Below the pieces are notes generated by a model, which searched no databases, was not told the origin of the DNA, and saw nothing but the letters and a program-made list of their open reading frames with translations. The position numbers and the translations under genes were made by a program. From positions 8,546,998-8,610,997 of the forward strand of contig NC_092374.1 in the NCBI RefSeq assembly GCF_030028105.1: a stretch of DNA of 64,000 nucleotides, read 5' to 3'. The stretch is from Mobula birostris (Eukaryota). Shown piece by piece: positions 12,369-25,700 of this stretch (positions within the stretch are counted from its first letter, which is position 1; each line of letters opens with the position of its first letter).

Positions 12369-12990
12369 TAGTAGTCATAGTCATAATCATACTTTATTGA
12401 TCCTGGGGGAAATTGGTTTTCATTACAGTTGCACCATAGATAATAAATAGTAATAGAACCATAAATAGTTGAGTAGTAATATGTAAATTATGCCAGTAAA
12501 TTATGAAAGCAGTCCAGGACCAGCCTATTGGCTCAGGGTGTCTGACCCTCCAAGGGAGGAGTTGTAAAGTTTGATGGCCACAGGCAGGAATGACTTCCTA
12601 TGATGCTCTGTGCTGCATCTCGATGGAATGAGTCTCTGGCTGAATGTACTCCTGTGCCCAACCAGTACATTATGTAGTGGATGGGAGACATTGACCAAGA
12701 TGGCATGCAACTTGGACAGCATCCTCTTTTCAGACACCACCGTCAGAGAGTCCAGTTCCATCCCCACAACATCACTGGCCTTACGAATGAGTTTGTTGAT
12801 TCTGTTGGTGTCTGCTACCCTCAGCCTGCTGCCCCAGAACACAACAGCAAACATGATAGCACTGGCCACCACAGACTCGTAGAACATCCTCAGCATCGTC
12901 CGTCAGAGGTTAAAGGACTTCAGTCTCCTCAGGAAATAGAGATGGCTCTGACCCTTCTTGTAGACAGCTTCAGTGTTCTTAGACCAGTCT
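12369..12990 (-). mobile_element. Second copy of the (TATGAC)n-tailed Rex1-type family, nested in the previous element
   Basis: ORF 12525-12896 nearly identical to the C-terminal part of 4447-5046; tail TAGTCATAGTCATA on plus. Confidence 0.9.
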
Positions 12991-13639
12991 TTAACTGCAC
13001 TGCCAACTCCTTTGCCAATCGCACTCCTTATCTGTCACAGATTCCACACCGCTCCTATGGCACTCCAGTCTCGCCATTCCAAACGCCTTTTGCTCCCGCC
13101 AGATTTTCAACCTCACTGTCTACTCCACGTTGACCCTAGCTACTGTAAATGCAAGTGCCTAAAACTTTTGCACAGTACTTATCTCGACGTAATAAGAATA
13201 CTGATCATTGTATGATTGGGTTGACTCTTGACCTTGCAATTTACCCTGTCATGACACTGCACCTTATCGTGTGCCAGTGCTGCATGTTCTCTGTAACTGG
13301 AACACTTCATACTGCATTCTGTTGTTGCTTCTCCTTGTACTAACTCAATGCACTGTTCTGTTGAAATAATTTGTGGCCACATCTGCAAAATTAACGAAAT
13401 TACTGACTTGTTTATTCATCTGTGTTGAAATTCATCCATATTCTGCACAAAGCATTTTGCAAAGGCAGCTGACTTCCATTATGCTGGGATTTGTACTTGT
13501 GGTTTCATTGGAATTGATCTTCAGGGGTATAAATTTGGGTCAAACCGCTGTTGTCTCATTTCTGTTAATAACCCCTGTTCTGTAAAATGTTTTCCAGTAT
13601 TTCCCCTTCCACTGATAGAAAGAATCACTGGTTCACATT

Positions 13640-13721
13640 CAAAATAAAATGGCAGATTTTGGAAATTTAAAATAAATAAACCCTGAAAATGCTGCAAATA
13701 CTCAACTGGACAGGCAGTGTA
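13640..13721 (-). mobile_element. Penelope-like tail remnant forming the left flank of the satellite
   Basis: GGCAGATTTTGGAAAT...AAATGCTGCAAATACTCAACTGGACAGGCAGTGTATGTGG aligns to GCAGATGCTGGAAAT...GCTG..GAACTCAGCAGGTCGGGCAGCATCTGTGG of the copies at 49140, 57490 and 59704. Confidence 0.7.
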
Positions 13722-16700
13722 TGTGGAAAGAGAAAGAGAGTGATGTTTCGTGTGGAAAGAGAAACAGAGTGACATTTCTTATGGAAAGAGAAACAGTGAC
13801 ATTTCGTGTGGAAAGAGAACAGAGTGACGTTTCGTGTGGAAAGAGAACAGAGTGACATTTCGTATGGAAAGAGAAACAGAGTGACGTTTCGTGTGGAAAG
13901 AGAACAGAGTGACATTTCGTATGGAAAGAGAAACAGAGTGACATTTTTTATGGAAAGAGAAACAGAGTGACGTTTCGTGTGGAAAGAGAAACAGAGTGAC
14001 ATTTCGTGTGGAAAGAGAACAGAGTGACGTTTCGTGTGGAAAGAGAAACAGAGTGATGTTTCGTGTGGAAAGAGAATCAGAGTGACGTTTCGTGTGGAAA
14101 GAGAAACAGAGTGACGTTGCGTGTGGAAAGAGAACAGAGTGACGTTTCGTGTGGAAAGAGAAACAGAGTGACATTTCGTGTGGAAAGAGAAACAGAGTGA
14201 CGTTTCGTGTGGAAAGAGAAACAGAGTGACATTTCTTATGGAAAGAGAAACAGAGTGACATTTCATGTGGAAAGAGAAACAGAGTGACGTTTCGTGTGGA
14301 AAGAGAAACAGAGTGACGTTTCGTGTGGAAAGAGAAACAGAGTTACATTTCGTATGGAACAGAGTGACGTTTCGTGTGGAAAGAGAAACAGAGTGACGTT
14401 TCGTGTGGAAAGAGAACAGAGTGACGTTTCGCGTGGAAAGAGAAACAGAGTTACTTTTTGTGTGGAAAGAGAAACAGAGTGACATTTCGGGTGGAAAGAG
14501 AAACAGAGTGACGTTTCGTGTGGAAAGAGAACAGAGTGATGTTTCGTGTGGAAGGAGAAACAGAGTGACATTTCGTGTGGAAAGGGAAACAGAGTGACGT
14601 TTCGTGTGGAAAGAGAAACAGAGTGACATTTCATATGGAACAGAGTGACGTTTTGTGTGGAAAGAGAACAGAGTGACGTTTCTTGTGGAAAGAGAAACAG
14701 AGTGACGTTTCTTATGGAAAGAGAAACAGAGTGACATTTCGTATGGAACAGAGTGACGTTTCGTGTGGAAAGAGAAACAGAGTGACGTTTCGTGTGGAAA
14801 GAGAAACAGAATGACGTTTCTTATGGAAAGAGAAACAGAGTGACATTTCGTGTGGAAAGAGAAACAGACTGAGGTTTCGTGTGGAAAGAGAAACAGAGTG
14901 ACGTTTCGTGTCAAAAGAAAAACAGAGTGACGTTTCGTGTGGAAAGAGAACAGAGTGACGTTTCGCGTGGAAAGAGAAACAGAGTGACTTTTCGTGTGGA
15001 AAGAGAAACAGAGTGACATTTCGGGTGGAAAGAGAAACAGAGTGACGTTTCGTGTGGAAAGAGAACAGAGTGACATTTCGTGTGGAAAGAGAAACAGAGT
15101 GACATTTCATGTGGAAAGGGAAACAGAGTGATGTTTCGTGTGGAAAGAGAAAGAGAGTGACATTTCGTATGGAACAGAGTGACGTTTTGTGTGGAAAGAG
15201 AACAGAGTGACATTTCTTGTGGAAAGAGAAACAGAGTGACATTTCTTATGGAAAGAGAAACAGAGTGACATTTCGTATGGAAAGAGAAACAGAGTGATGT
15301 TTCATGTGGAAAGAGAAACAGAGTGACGTTTCGTGTGGAAAGAGAAACACAGTGAGGTTTCGTGTGGAAAGAGAAACAGAGTGACGTTTCGTGTCAAAAG
15401 AGAAACAGTCACATTTCGTACGGAACAGAGTGACGTTTCGTGTGGAAAGAGAAACAGAGTGACGTTTCGTGTGGAAAGAGAAACAGAGTGATATTTCGTC
15501 TGGAACAGAGTGACGTTTCGTGTGGAAAGAGAAACAGAGTGACATTTCTTATGGAAAGAGAAACAGAGTGATATTTCGTGTGGAAAGAGAAACAGAGTGA
15601 TATTTCGTATGGAACAGAGTGACGTTTTGTGTGGAAAGAGAAATAGAGTGACGTTTCGTCTGGAAAGAGAACAGAGTGACATTTCGTGTGGAAAGAGAAA
15701 CAGAGTGACGTTTCATGTGGAAAGAGAAACAGAGTGACGTATCTTATGGAAAGAGAAACAGAGTGACGTTTCGTGTGGAAAGAGAAAGAAAGTGATGTTT
15801 CGCGTGGAAAGAAAAACAGAGTGACGTTTCGTGTGGAAAGAGAAACAGAGTGACGTTTCGTGTGGAAAGAGATATAGAGTGACATTTCTTATGGAAAGAG
15901 AAACAGAGTGACATTTCGTGTGGAAAGAGAAACAGAGTGACTTTTCGTGTGGAAAGAGAAACAGAGTGACATTTCTTATGGAAAGAGAAACAGAGTGACA
16001 TTTCGTGTGGAAAGAGAAACAGAGTGAAGTTTCGTGTGGAAAGAGAACAGAGTGACGTTTCGTGTGGAAAGAGAAACAGAGAGACATTTTGTGTGGAAAG
16101 AGAAATAGAGTGACGTTTCGTGTGGAAAGAGAAACAGAGTGACATTTCGTATGGAACAGAGTGACGTTTCGTGTGGAAAGAAAAACAGAGTGACATTTCT
16201 TATGGAAAGGGAAACAGAGTGACATTTTGTGTGGAATGTGAAACAGGGTGATATTTCATATGGAACAGAGTGACGTTTCGTGTGAAAAGAGAACAGAGTG
16301 ACGTTTCGTCTGGAAAGAGAATAGAGTGACGTTTCATGTGGAAAGAGAAACAGGGTGACGTTTCGTGTGGAAAGAGAAACAGAGTGACGTTTCTTATGGA
16401 AAGAGAAACAGAGTGATGTTTCGTGTGGAAAGAGAAACAGAGTGACATTTCGTGTGGAAAGAGAAACAGAGTGACGTTTCGTGTCAAAAGAGAAACAGTC
16501 ACATTTCGTACGGAACAGAGTGACGTTTCGTGTGGAAAGAGAAACAGAGTGACATTTTGTGTGGAAAGAGAAGCAGAGTGACGTTTCGTGTGGAAAGAGA
16601 AACAGAGTGACATTTTGTGTGGAATGTGAAACAGGGTGATATTTCATATGGAACAGAGTGACATTTCGTGTGAAAAGAGAACAGAGTGACGTTTCGTCTG

Positions 16701-19700
16701 GAAAGAGAATAGAGTGACATTTCATGTGGAAAGAGAAACAGGGTGACGTTTCGTGTGGAAAGAGAAACAGAGTGACGTTTCTTATGGAAAGAGAAACAGA
16801 GTGATGTTTCGTGTGGAAAGAGAAACAGAGTGACATTTCGTGTGGAAAGAGAAACAGAGTGACGTTTCGTGTCAAAAGAGAAACAGTCACATTTCGTACG
16901 GAACAGAGTGACGTTTCGTGTGGAAAGAGAAACAGAGTGACGTTTCGTGTGGAAAGAGAAACAGAGTGACATTTTGTGTGGAAAGAGAAGCAGAGTGACG
17001 TTTCGTGTGGAAAGAGAAACAGAGTGACATTTCGTATGGAACAGAGTGACGTTTCGTGTGGAAAGAAAAACAGAGTGATATTTCGCATGGAACAGAGTGA
17101 CGTTTCGTGTGGAAAGAGAACAGAGTGACGTTTCGTGTGGAAAGAGAAACAGAGTGACGTTTCATGTGGAAAGAGAAACAGAGTGACGTTTCTTATGGAA
17201 AGAGAAACAGAGTGACGTTTCGTGTGGAAAGAGAAAGAAAGTGATGTTTCGCGTGGAAAGAGAAACAGAATGACGTTTCGTGTGGAAAGAGAAATAGAGT
17301 GACATTTCTTATGGAAAGAGAAACAGAGTGACATTTCGTGTGGAAAGAGAAACAGAGTGACATTTCTTATGGAAAGAGAAACAGAGTGACGTGTCGTGTG
17401 GAAAGAGAAACAGAGTGAAGTTTCGTGTGGAAAGAGAACAGAGTGACGTTTCATGTGGAAAGAGAAACAGAGTGAAATTTCGTATGGAACAGAGTGACGT
17501 TTCGTGTGGAAAGAAAAACAGAGTGACATTTCTTATGGAAAGGGAAACAGAGTGACATTTTGTGTGGAATGTGAAACAGAGTGATATTTCATATGGAACA
17601 GAGTGAAGTTTCGTGTGGAAAGAGAAATAGAGTGACGTTTCGTCTGGAAAGAGAACAGAGTGACGTTTCATGTGGAAAGAGAAACAGGTGACGTTTCGTG
17701 TGGAAAGAGAAACAGAGTGACGTTTCTTATGGAAAGAGAAACAGAGTGATGTTTCGTGTGGAAAGAGAAAAAGAGTGACATTTCGTGTGGAAAGAGAAAC
17801 ACAGTGAGGTTTCGTGTGGAAAGAGAAACAGAGTGACTTTTTGTGTGGAAAGAGAAACAGAGTGACATTTCGGGTGGAAAGAGAAACAGAGTGACGTTTT
17901 GTGTGGAAAGAGAACAGAGTGATGTTTCGTGTGGAAGGAGAAACAGAGTGACATTTCGTGTGGAAAGGGAAACAGAGTGACGTTTCGTGTGGAAAGAGAA
18001 ACAGAGTGACATTTCGTATGGAACAGAGTGACGTTTTGTGTGGAAAGAGAACAGAGTGACGTTTCTTGTGGAAAGAGAAACAGAGTGACGTTTCTTATGG
18101 AAAGAGAAACAGAGTAACATTTCGTATGGAACAGAGTGACGTTTCGTGTGGAAAGAGAAACAGAGTGACGTTTCGTGTGGAAAGAGAAACAAAATGACGT
18201 TTCTTATGGAAAGAGAAACAGAGTGACATTTCGTGTGGAAAGAGAAACAGAGTGAGGTTTCGTGTGGAAAGAGAAACAGAGTGACGTTTCGTGTCAAAAG
18301 AAAAACAGAGTGACGTTCCGTGTGGAAAGAGAACAGAGTGACGTTTCGCGTGGAAAGAGAAACAGAGTGACTTTTCGTGTGGAAAGAGAAACAGAGTGAC
18401 ATTTCGGGTGGAAAGAGAAACAGAGTGACGTTTCGTGTGGAAAGAGAACAGAGTGACATTTCGTGTGGAAAGAGAAACAGAGTGACATTTCATGTGGAAA
18501 GGGAAACAGAGTGATGTTTCGTGTGGAAAGAGAAAGAGAGTGACATTTCGTATGGAACAGAGTGACGTTTTGTGTGGAAAGAGAACAGAGTGACATTTCT
18601 TGTGGAAAGAGAAACAGAGTGACATTTCTTATGGAAAGAGAAACAGAGTGACATTTCGTATGGAAAGAGAAACAGAGTGATGTTTCATGTGGAAAGAGAA
18701 ACAGAGTGACGTTTCGTGTGGAAAGAGAAACACAGTGAGGTTTCGTGTGGAAAGAGAAACAGAGTGACGTTTCGTGTCAAAAGAGAAACAGTCACATTTC
18801 GTACGGAACAGAGTGACGTTTCGTGTGGAAAGAGAAACAGAGTGACGTTTCGTGTGGAAAGAGAAACAGAGTGACATTTCTTATGGAAAGAGAAACAGAG
18901 TGATATTTCGTGTGGAAAGAGAAACAGAGTGATATTTCGTATGGAACAGAGTGACGTTTTGTGTGGAAAGAGAAATAGAGTGACGTTTCGTCTGGAAAGA
19001 GAACAGAGTGACATTTCGTGTGGAAAGAGAAACAGAGTGACGTTTCATGTGGAAAGAGAAACAGAGTGACGTATCTTATGGAAAGAGAAACAGAGTGACG
19101 TTTCGTGTGGAAAGAGAAAGAAAGTGATGTTTCGCGTGGAAAGAAAAACAGAGTGACGTTTCGTGTGGAAAGAGAAACAGAGTGACGTTTCGTGTGGAAA
19201 GAGATATAGAGTGACATTTCTTATGGAAAGAGAAACAGAGTGACATTTCGTATGGAAAGAGAAACAGAGTGACATTTCTTATGGAAAGAGAAACAGAGTG
19301 ACATTTCGTGTGGAAAGAGAAACAGAGTGAAGTTTCGTGTGGAAAGAGAACAGAGTGACGTTTCGTGTGGAAAGAGAAACAGAGAGACATTTTGTGTGGA
19401 AAGAGAAATAGAGTGACGTTTCGTGTGGAAAGAGAAACAGAGTGACATTTCGTATGGAACAGAGTGACGTTTCGTGTGGAAAGAAAAACAGAGTGACATT
19501 TCTTATGGAAAGGGAAACAGAGTGACATTTTGTGTGGAATGTGAAACAGGGTGATATTTCATATGGAACAGAGTGACGTTTCGTGTGAAAAGAGAACAGA
19601 GTGACGTTTCGTCTGGAAAGAGAATAGAGTGACGTTTCATGTGGAAAGAGAAACAGGGTGACGTTTCGTGTGGAAAGAGAAACAGAGTGACGTTTCTTAT

Positions 19701-22700
19701 GGAAAGAGAAACAGAGTGATGTTTCGTGTGGAAAGAGAAACAGAGTGACATTTCGTGTGGAAAGAGAAACAGAGTGACGTTTCGTGTCAAAAGAGAAACA
19801 GTCACATTTCGTACGGAACAGAGTGACGTTTCGTGTGGAAAGAGAAACAGAGTGACGTTTCGTGTGGAAAGAGAAACAGAGTGACATTTTGTGTGGAAAG
19901 AGAAGCAGAGTGACGTTTCGTGTGGAAAGAGAAACAGAGTGACATTTTGTGTGGAATGTGAAACAGGGTGATATTTCATATGGAACAGAGTGACATTTCG
20001 TGTGAAAAGAGAACAGAGTGACATTTCGTCTGGAAAGAGAATAGAGTGACATTTCATGTGGAAAGAGAAACAGGGTGACGTTTCGTGTGGAAAGAGAAAC
20101 AGAGTGACGTTTCTTATGGAAAGAGAAACAGAGTGATGTTTCGTGTGGAAAGAGAAACAGAGTGACATTTCGTGTGGAAAGAGAAACAGAGTGACGTTTC
20201 GTGTTAAAAGAGAAACAGTCACATTTCGTACGGAACAGAGTGACGTTTCGTGTGGAAAGAGAAACAGAGTGACGTTTCGTGTGGAAAGAGAAACAGAGTG
20301 ACATTTTGTGTGGAAAGAGAAGCAGAGTGACGTTTCGTGTGGAAAGAGAAACAGAGTGACATTTCGTATGGAACAGAGTGACGTTTCGTGTGGAAAGAAA
20401 AACAGAGTGATATTTCGCATGGAACAGAGTGACGTTTCGTGTGGAAAGAGAACAGAGTGACGTTTCGTGTGGAAAGAGAAACAGAGTGACGTTTCATGTG
20501 GAAAGAGAAACAGAGTGACGTTTCTTATGGAAAGAGAAACAGAGTGACGTTTCGTGTGGAAAGAGAAAGAAAGTGATGTTTCGCGTGGAAAGAGAAACAG
20601 AGTGACGTTTCGTGTGGAAAGAGAAATAGAGTGACATTTCTTATGGAAAGAGAAACAGAGTGACATTTCGTGTGGAAAGAGAAACAGAGTGACATTTCTT
20701 ATGGAAAGAGAAACAGAGTGACGTGTCGTGTGGAAAGAGAAACAGAGTGAAGTTTCGTGTGGAAAGAGAACAGAGTGACGTTTCATGTGGAAAGAGAAAC
20801 AGAGTGAAATTTCGTATGGAACAGAGTGACGTTTCGTGTGGAAAGAAAAACAGAGTGACATTTCTTATGGAAAGGGAAACAGAGTGACATTTTGTGTGGA
20901 ATGTGAAACAGAGTGATATTTCATATGGAACAGAGTGAAGTTTCGTGTGGAAAGAGAAACAGAGTGACATTTCGTGTGGAAAGAGAAACAGAGTGACGTT
21001 TCGTGTCAAAAGAGAAACAGTCACATTTCGTACGGAACAGAGTGACGTTTCGTGTGGAAAGAGAAACAGAGTGACGTTTCGTGTGGAAAGAGAAACAGAG
21101 TGACATTTTGTGTGGAAAGAGAAGCAGAGTGACGTTTCGTGTGGAAAGAGAAACAGAGTGACATTTTGTGTGGAATGTGAAACAGGGTGATATTTCATAT
21201 GGAACAGAGTGACATTTCGTGTGAAAAGAGAACAGAGTGACGTTTCGTCTGGAAAGAGAATAGAGTGACATTTCATGTGGAAAGAGAAACAGGGTGACGT
21301 TTCGTGTGGAAAGAGAAACAGAGTGACGTTTCTTATGGAAAGAGAAACAGAGTGATGTTTCGTGTGGAAAGAGAAACAGAGTGACATTTCGTGTGGAAAG
21401 AGAAACAGAGTGACGTTTCGTGTCAAAAGAGAAACAGTCACATTTCGTACGGAACAGAGTGACGTTTCGTGTGGAAAGAGAAACAGAGTGACGTTTCGTG
21501 TGGAAAGAGAAACAGAGTGACATTTTGTGTGGAAAGAGAAGCAGAGTGACGTTTCGTGTGGAAAGAGAAACAGAGTGACATTTCGTATGGAACAGAGTGA
21601 CGTTTCGTGTGGAAAGAAAAACAGAGTGATATTTCGCATGGAACAGAGTGACGTTTCGTGTGGAAAGAGAACAGAGTGACGTTTCGTGTGGAAAGAGAAA
21701 CAGAGTGACGTTTCATGTGGAAAGAGAAACAGAGTGACGTTTCTTATGGAAAGAGAAACAGAGTGACGTTTCGTGTGGAAAGAGAAAGAAAGTGATGTTT
21801 CGCGTGGAAAGAGAAACAGAGTGACGTTTCGTGTGGAAAGAGAAATAGAGTGACATTTCTTATGGAAAGAGAAACAGAGTGACATTTCGTGTGGAAAGAG
21901 AAACAGAGTGACATTTCTTATGGAAAGAGAAACAGAGTGACGTGTCGTGTGGAAAGAGAAACAGAGTGAAGTTTCGTGTGGAAAGAGAACAGAGTGACGT
22001 TTCATGTGGAAAGAGAAACAGAGTGAAATTTCGTATGGAACAGAGTGACGTTTCGTGTGGAAAGAAAAACAGAGTGACATTTCTTATGGAAAGGGAAACA
22101 GAGTGACGTTTTGTGTGGAATGTGAAACAGAGTGATATTTCATATGGAACAGAGTGAAGTTTCGTGTGGAAAGAGAAATAGAGTGACGTTTCGTCTGGAA
22201 AGAGAACAGAGTGACGTTTCATGTGGAAAGAGAAACAGGTGACGTTTCGTGTGGAAAGAGAAACAGAGTGACGTTTCTTATGGAAAGAGAAACAGAGTGA
22301 TGTTTCGTGTGGAAAGAGAAAAAGAGTGACATTTCGTGTGGAAAGAGAAACACAGTGAGGTTTCGTGTGGAAAGAGAAACAGAGTGACTTTTTGTGTGGA
22401 AAGAGAAACAGAGTGACATTTCGGGTGGAAAGAGAAACAGAGTGACGTTTTGTGTGGAAAGAGAACAGAGTGATGTTTCGTGTGGAAGGAGAAACAGAGT
22501 GACATTTCGTGTGGAAAGGGAAACAGAGTGACGTTTCGTGTGGAAAGAGAAACAGAGTGACATTTCGTATGGAACAGAGTGACGTTTTGTGTGGAAAGAG
22601 AACAGAGTGACGTTTCTTGTGGAAAGAGAAACAGAGTGACGTTTCTTATGGAAAGAGAAACAGAGTAACATTTCGTATGGAACAGAGTGACGTTTCGTGT

Positions 22701-25700
22701 GGAAAGAGAAACAGAGTGACGTTTCGTGTGGAAAGAGAAACAAAATGACGTTTCTTATGGAAAGAGAAACAGAGTGACATTTCGTGTGGAAAGAGAAACA
22801 GAGTGAGGTTTCGTGTGGAAAGAGAAACAGAGTGACGTTTCGTGTCAAAAGAAAAACAGAGTGACGTTCCGTGTGGAAAGAGAACAGAGTGACGTTTCGC
22901 GTGGAAAGAGAAACAGAGTGACTTTTCGTGTGGAAAGAGAAACAGAGTGACATTTCGGGTGGAAAGAGAAACAGAGTGACGTTTCGTGTGGAAAGAGAAC
23001 AGAGTGACATTTCGTGTGGAAAGAGAAACAGAGTGACATTTCATGTGGAAAGGGAAACAGAGTGATGTTTCGTGTGGAAAGAGAAAGAGAGTGACATTTC
23101 GTATGGAACAGAGTGACGTTTTGTGTGGAAAGAGAACAGAGTGACATTTCTTGTGGAAAGAGAAACAGAGTGACATTTCTTATGGAAAGAGAAACAGAGT
23201 GACATTTCGTATGGAAAGAGAAACAGAGTGATGTTTCATGTGGAAAGAGAAACAGAGTGACGTTTCGTGTGGAAAGAGAAACACAGTGAGGTTTCGTGTG
23301 GAAAGAGAACAGAGTGACGTTTCGTCTGGAAAGAGAATAGAGTGACGTTTCATGTGGAAAGAGAAACAGGGTGACGTTTCGTGTGGAAAGAGAAACAGAG
23401 TGACGTTTCTTATGGAAAGAGAAACAGAGTGATGTTTCGTGTGGAAAGAGAAACAGAGTGACATTTCGTGTGGAAAGAGAAACAGAGTGACGTTTCGTGT
23501 CAAAAGAGAAACAGTCACATTTCGTACGGAACAGAGTGACGTTTCGTGTGGAAAGAGAAACAGAGTGACGTTTCGTGTGGAAAGAGAAACAGAGTGACAT
23601 TTTGTGTGGAAAGAGAAGCAGAGTGACGTTTCGTGTGGAAAGAGAAACAGAGTGACATTTTGTGTGGAATGTGAAACAGGGTGATATTTCATATGGAACA
23701 GAGTGACATTTCGTGTGAAAAGAGAACAGAGTGACATTTCGTCTGGAAAGAGAATAGAGTGACATTTCATGTGGAAAGAGAAACAGGGTGACGTTTCGTG
23801 TGGAAAGAGAAACAGAGTGACGTTTCTTATGGAAAGAGAAACAGAGTGATGTTTCGTGTGGAAAGAGAAACAGAGTGACATTTCGTGTGGAAAGAGAAAC
23901 AGAGTGACGTTTCGTGTTAAAAGAGAAACAGTCACATTTCGTACGGAACAGAGTGACGTTTCGTGTGGAAAGAGAAACAGAGTGACGTTTCGTGTGGAAA
24001 GAGAAACAGAGTGACATTTTGTGTGGAAAGAGAAGCAGAGTGACGTTTCGTGTGGAAAGAGAAACAGAGTGACATTTCGTATGGAACAGAGTGACGTTTC
24101 GTGTGGAAAGAAAAACAGAGTGATATTTCGCATGGAACAGAGTGACGTTTCGTGTGGAAAGAGAACAGAGTGACGTTTCGTGTGGAAAGAGAAACAGAGT
24201 GACGTTTCATGTGGAAAGAGAAACAGAGTGACGTTTCTTATGGAAAGAGAAACAGAGTGACGTTTCGTGTGGAAAGAGAAAGAAAGTGATGTTTCGCGTG
24301 GAAAGAGAAACAGAGTGACGTTTCGTGTGGAAAGAGAAATAGAGTGACATTTCTTATGGAAAGAGAAACAGAGTGACATTTCGTGTGGAAAGAGAAACAG
24401 AGTGACATTTCTTATGGAAAGAGAAACAGAGTGACGTGTCGTGTGGAAAGAGAAACAGAGTGAAGTTTCGTGTGGAAAGAGAACAGAGTGACGTTTCATG
24501 TGGAAAGAGAAACAGAGTGAAATTTCGTATGGAACAGAGTGACGTTTCGTGTGGAAAGAAAAACAGAGTGACATTTCTTATGGAAAGGGAAACAGAGTGA
24601 CATTTTGTGTGGAATGTGAAACAGAGTGATATTTCATATGGAACAGAGTGAAGTTTCGTGTGGAAAGAGAAACAGAGTGACATTTCGTGTGGAAAGAGAA
24701 ACAGAGTGACGTTTCGTGTCAAAAGAGAAACAGTCACATTTCGTACGGAACAGAGTGACGTTTCGTGTGGAAAGAGAAACAGAGTGACGTTTCGTGTGGA
24801 AAGAGAAACAGAGTGACATTTTGTGTGGAAAGAGAAGCAGAGTGACGTTTCGTGTGGAAAGAGAAACAGAGTGACATTTTGTGTGGAATGTGAAACAGGG
24901 TGATATTTCATATGGAACAGAGTGACATTTCGTGTGAAAAGAGAACAGAGTGACGTTTCGTCTGGAAAGAGAATAGAGTGACATTTCATGTGGAAAGAGA
25001 AACAGGGTGACGTTTCGTGTGGAAAGAGAAACAGAGTGACGTTTCTTATGGAAAGAGAAACAGAGTGATGTTTCGTGTGGAAAGAGAAACAGAGTGACAT
25101 TTCGTGTGGAAAGAGAAACAGAGTGACGTTTCGTGTCAAAAGAGAAACAGTCACATTTCGTACGGAACAGAGTGACGTTTCGTGTGGAAAGAGAAACAGA
25201 GTGACGTTTCGTGTGGAAAGAGAAACAGAGTGACATTTTGTGTGGAAAGAGAAGCAGAGTGACGTTTCGTGTGGAAAGAGAAACAGAGTGACATTTCGTA
25301 TGGAACAGAGTGACGTTTCGTGTGGAAAGAAAAACAGAGTGATATTTCGCATGGAACAGAGTGACGTTTCGTGTGGAAAGAGAACAGAGTGACGTTTCGT
25401 GTGGAAAGAGAAACAGAGTGACGTTTCATGTGGAAAGAGAAACAGAGTGACGTTTCTTATGGAAAGAGAAACAGAGTGACGTTTCGTGTGGAAAGAGAAA
25501 GAAAGTGATGTTTCGCGTGGAAAGAGAAACAGAGTGACGTTTCGTGTGGAAAGAGAAATAGAGTGACATTTCTTATGGAAAGAGAAACAGAGTGACATTT
25601 CGTGTGGAAAGAGAAACAGAGTGACATTTCTTATGGAAAGAGAAACAGAGTGACGTGTCGTGTGGAAAGAGAAACAGAGTGAAGTTTCGTGTGGAAAGAG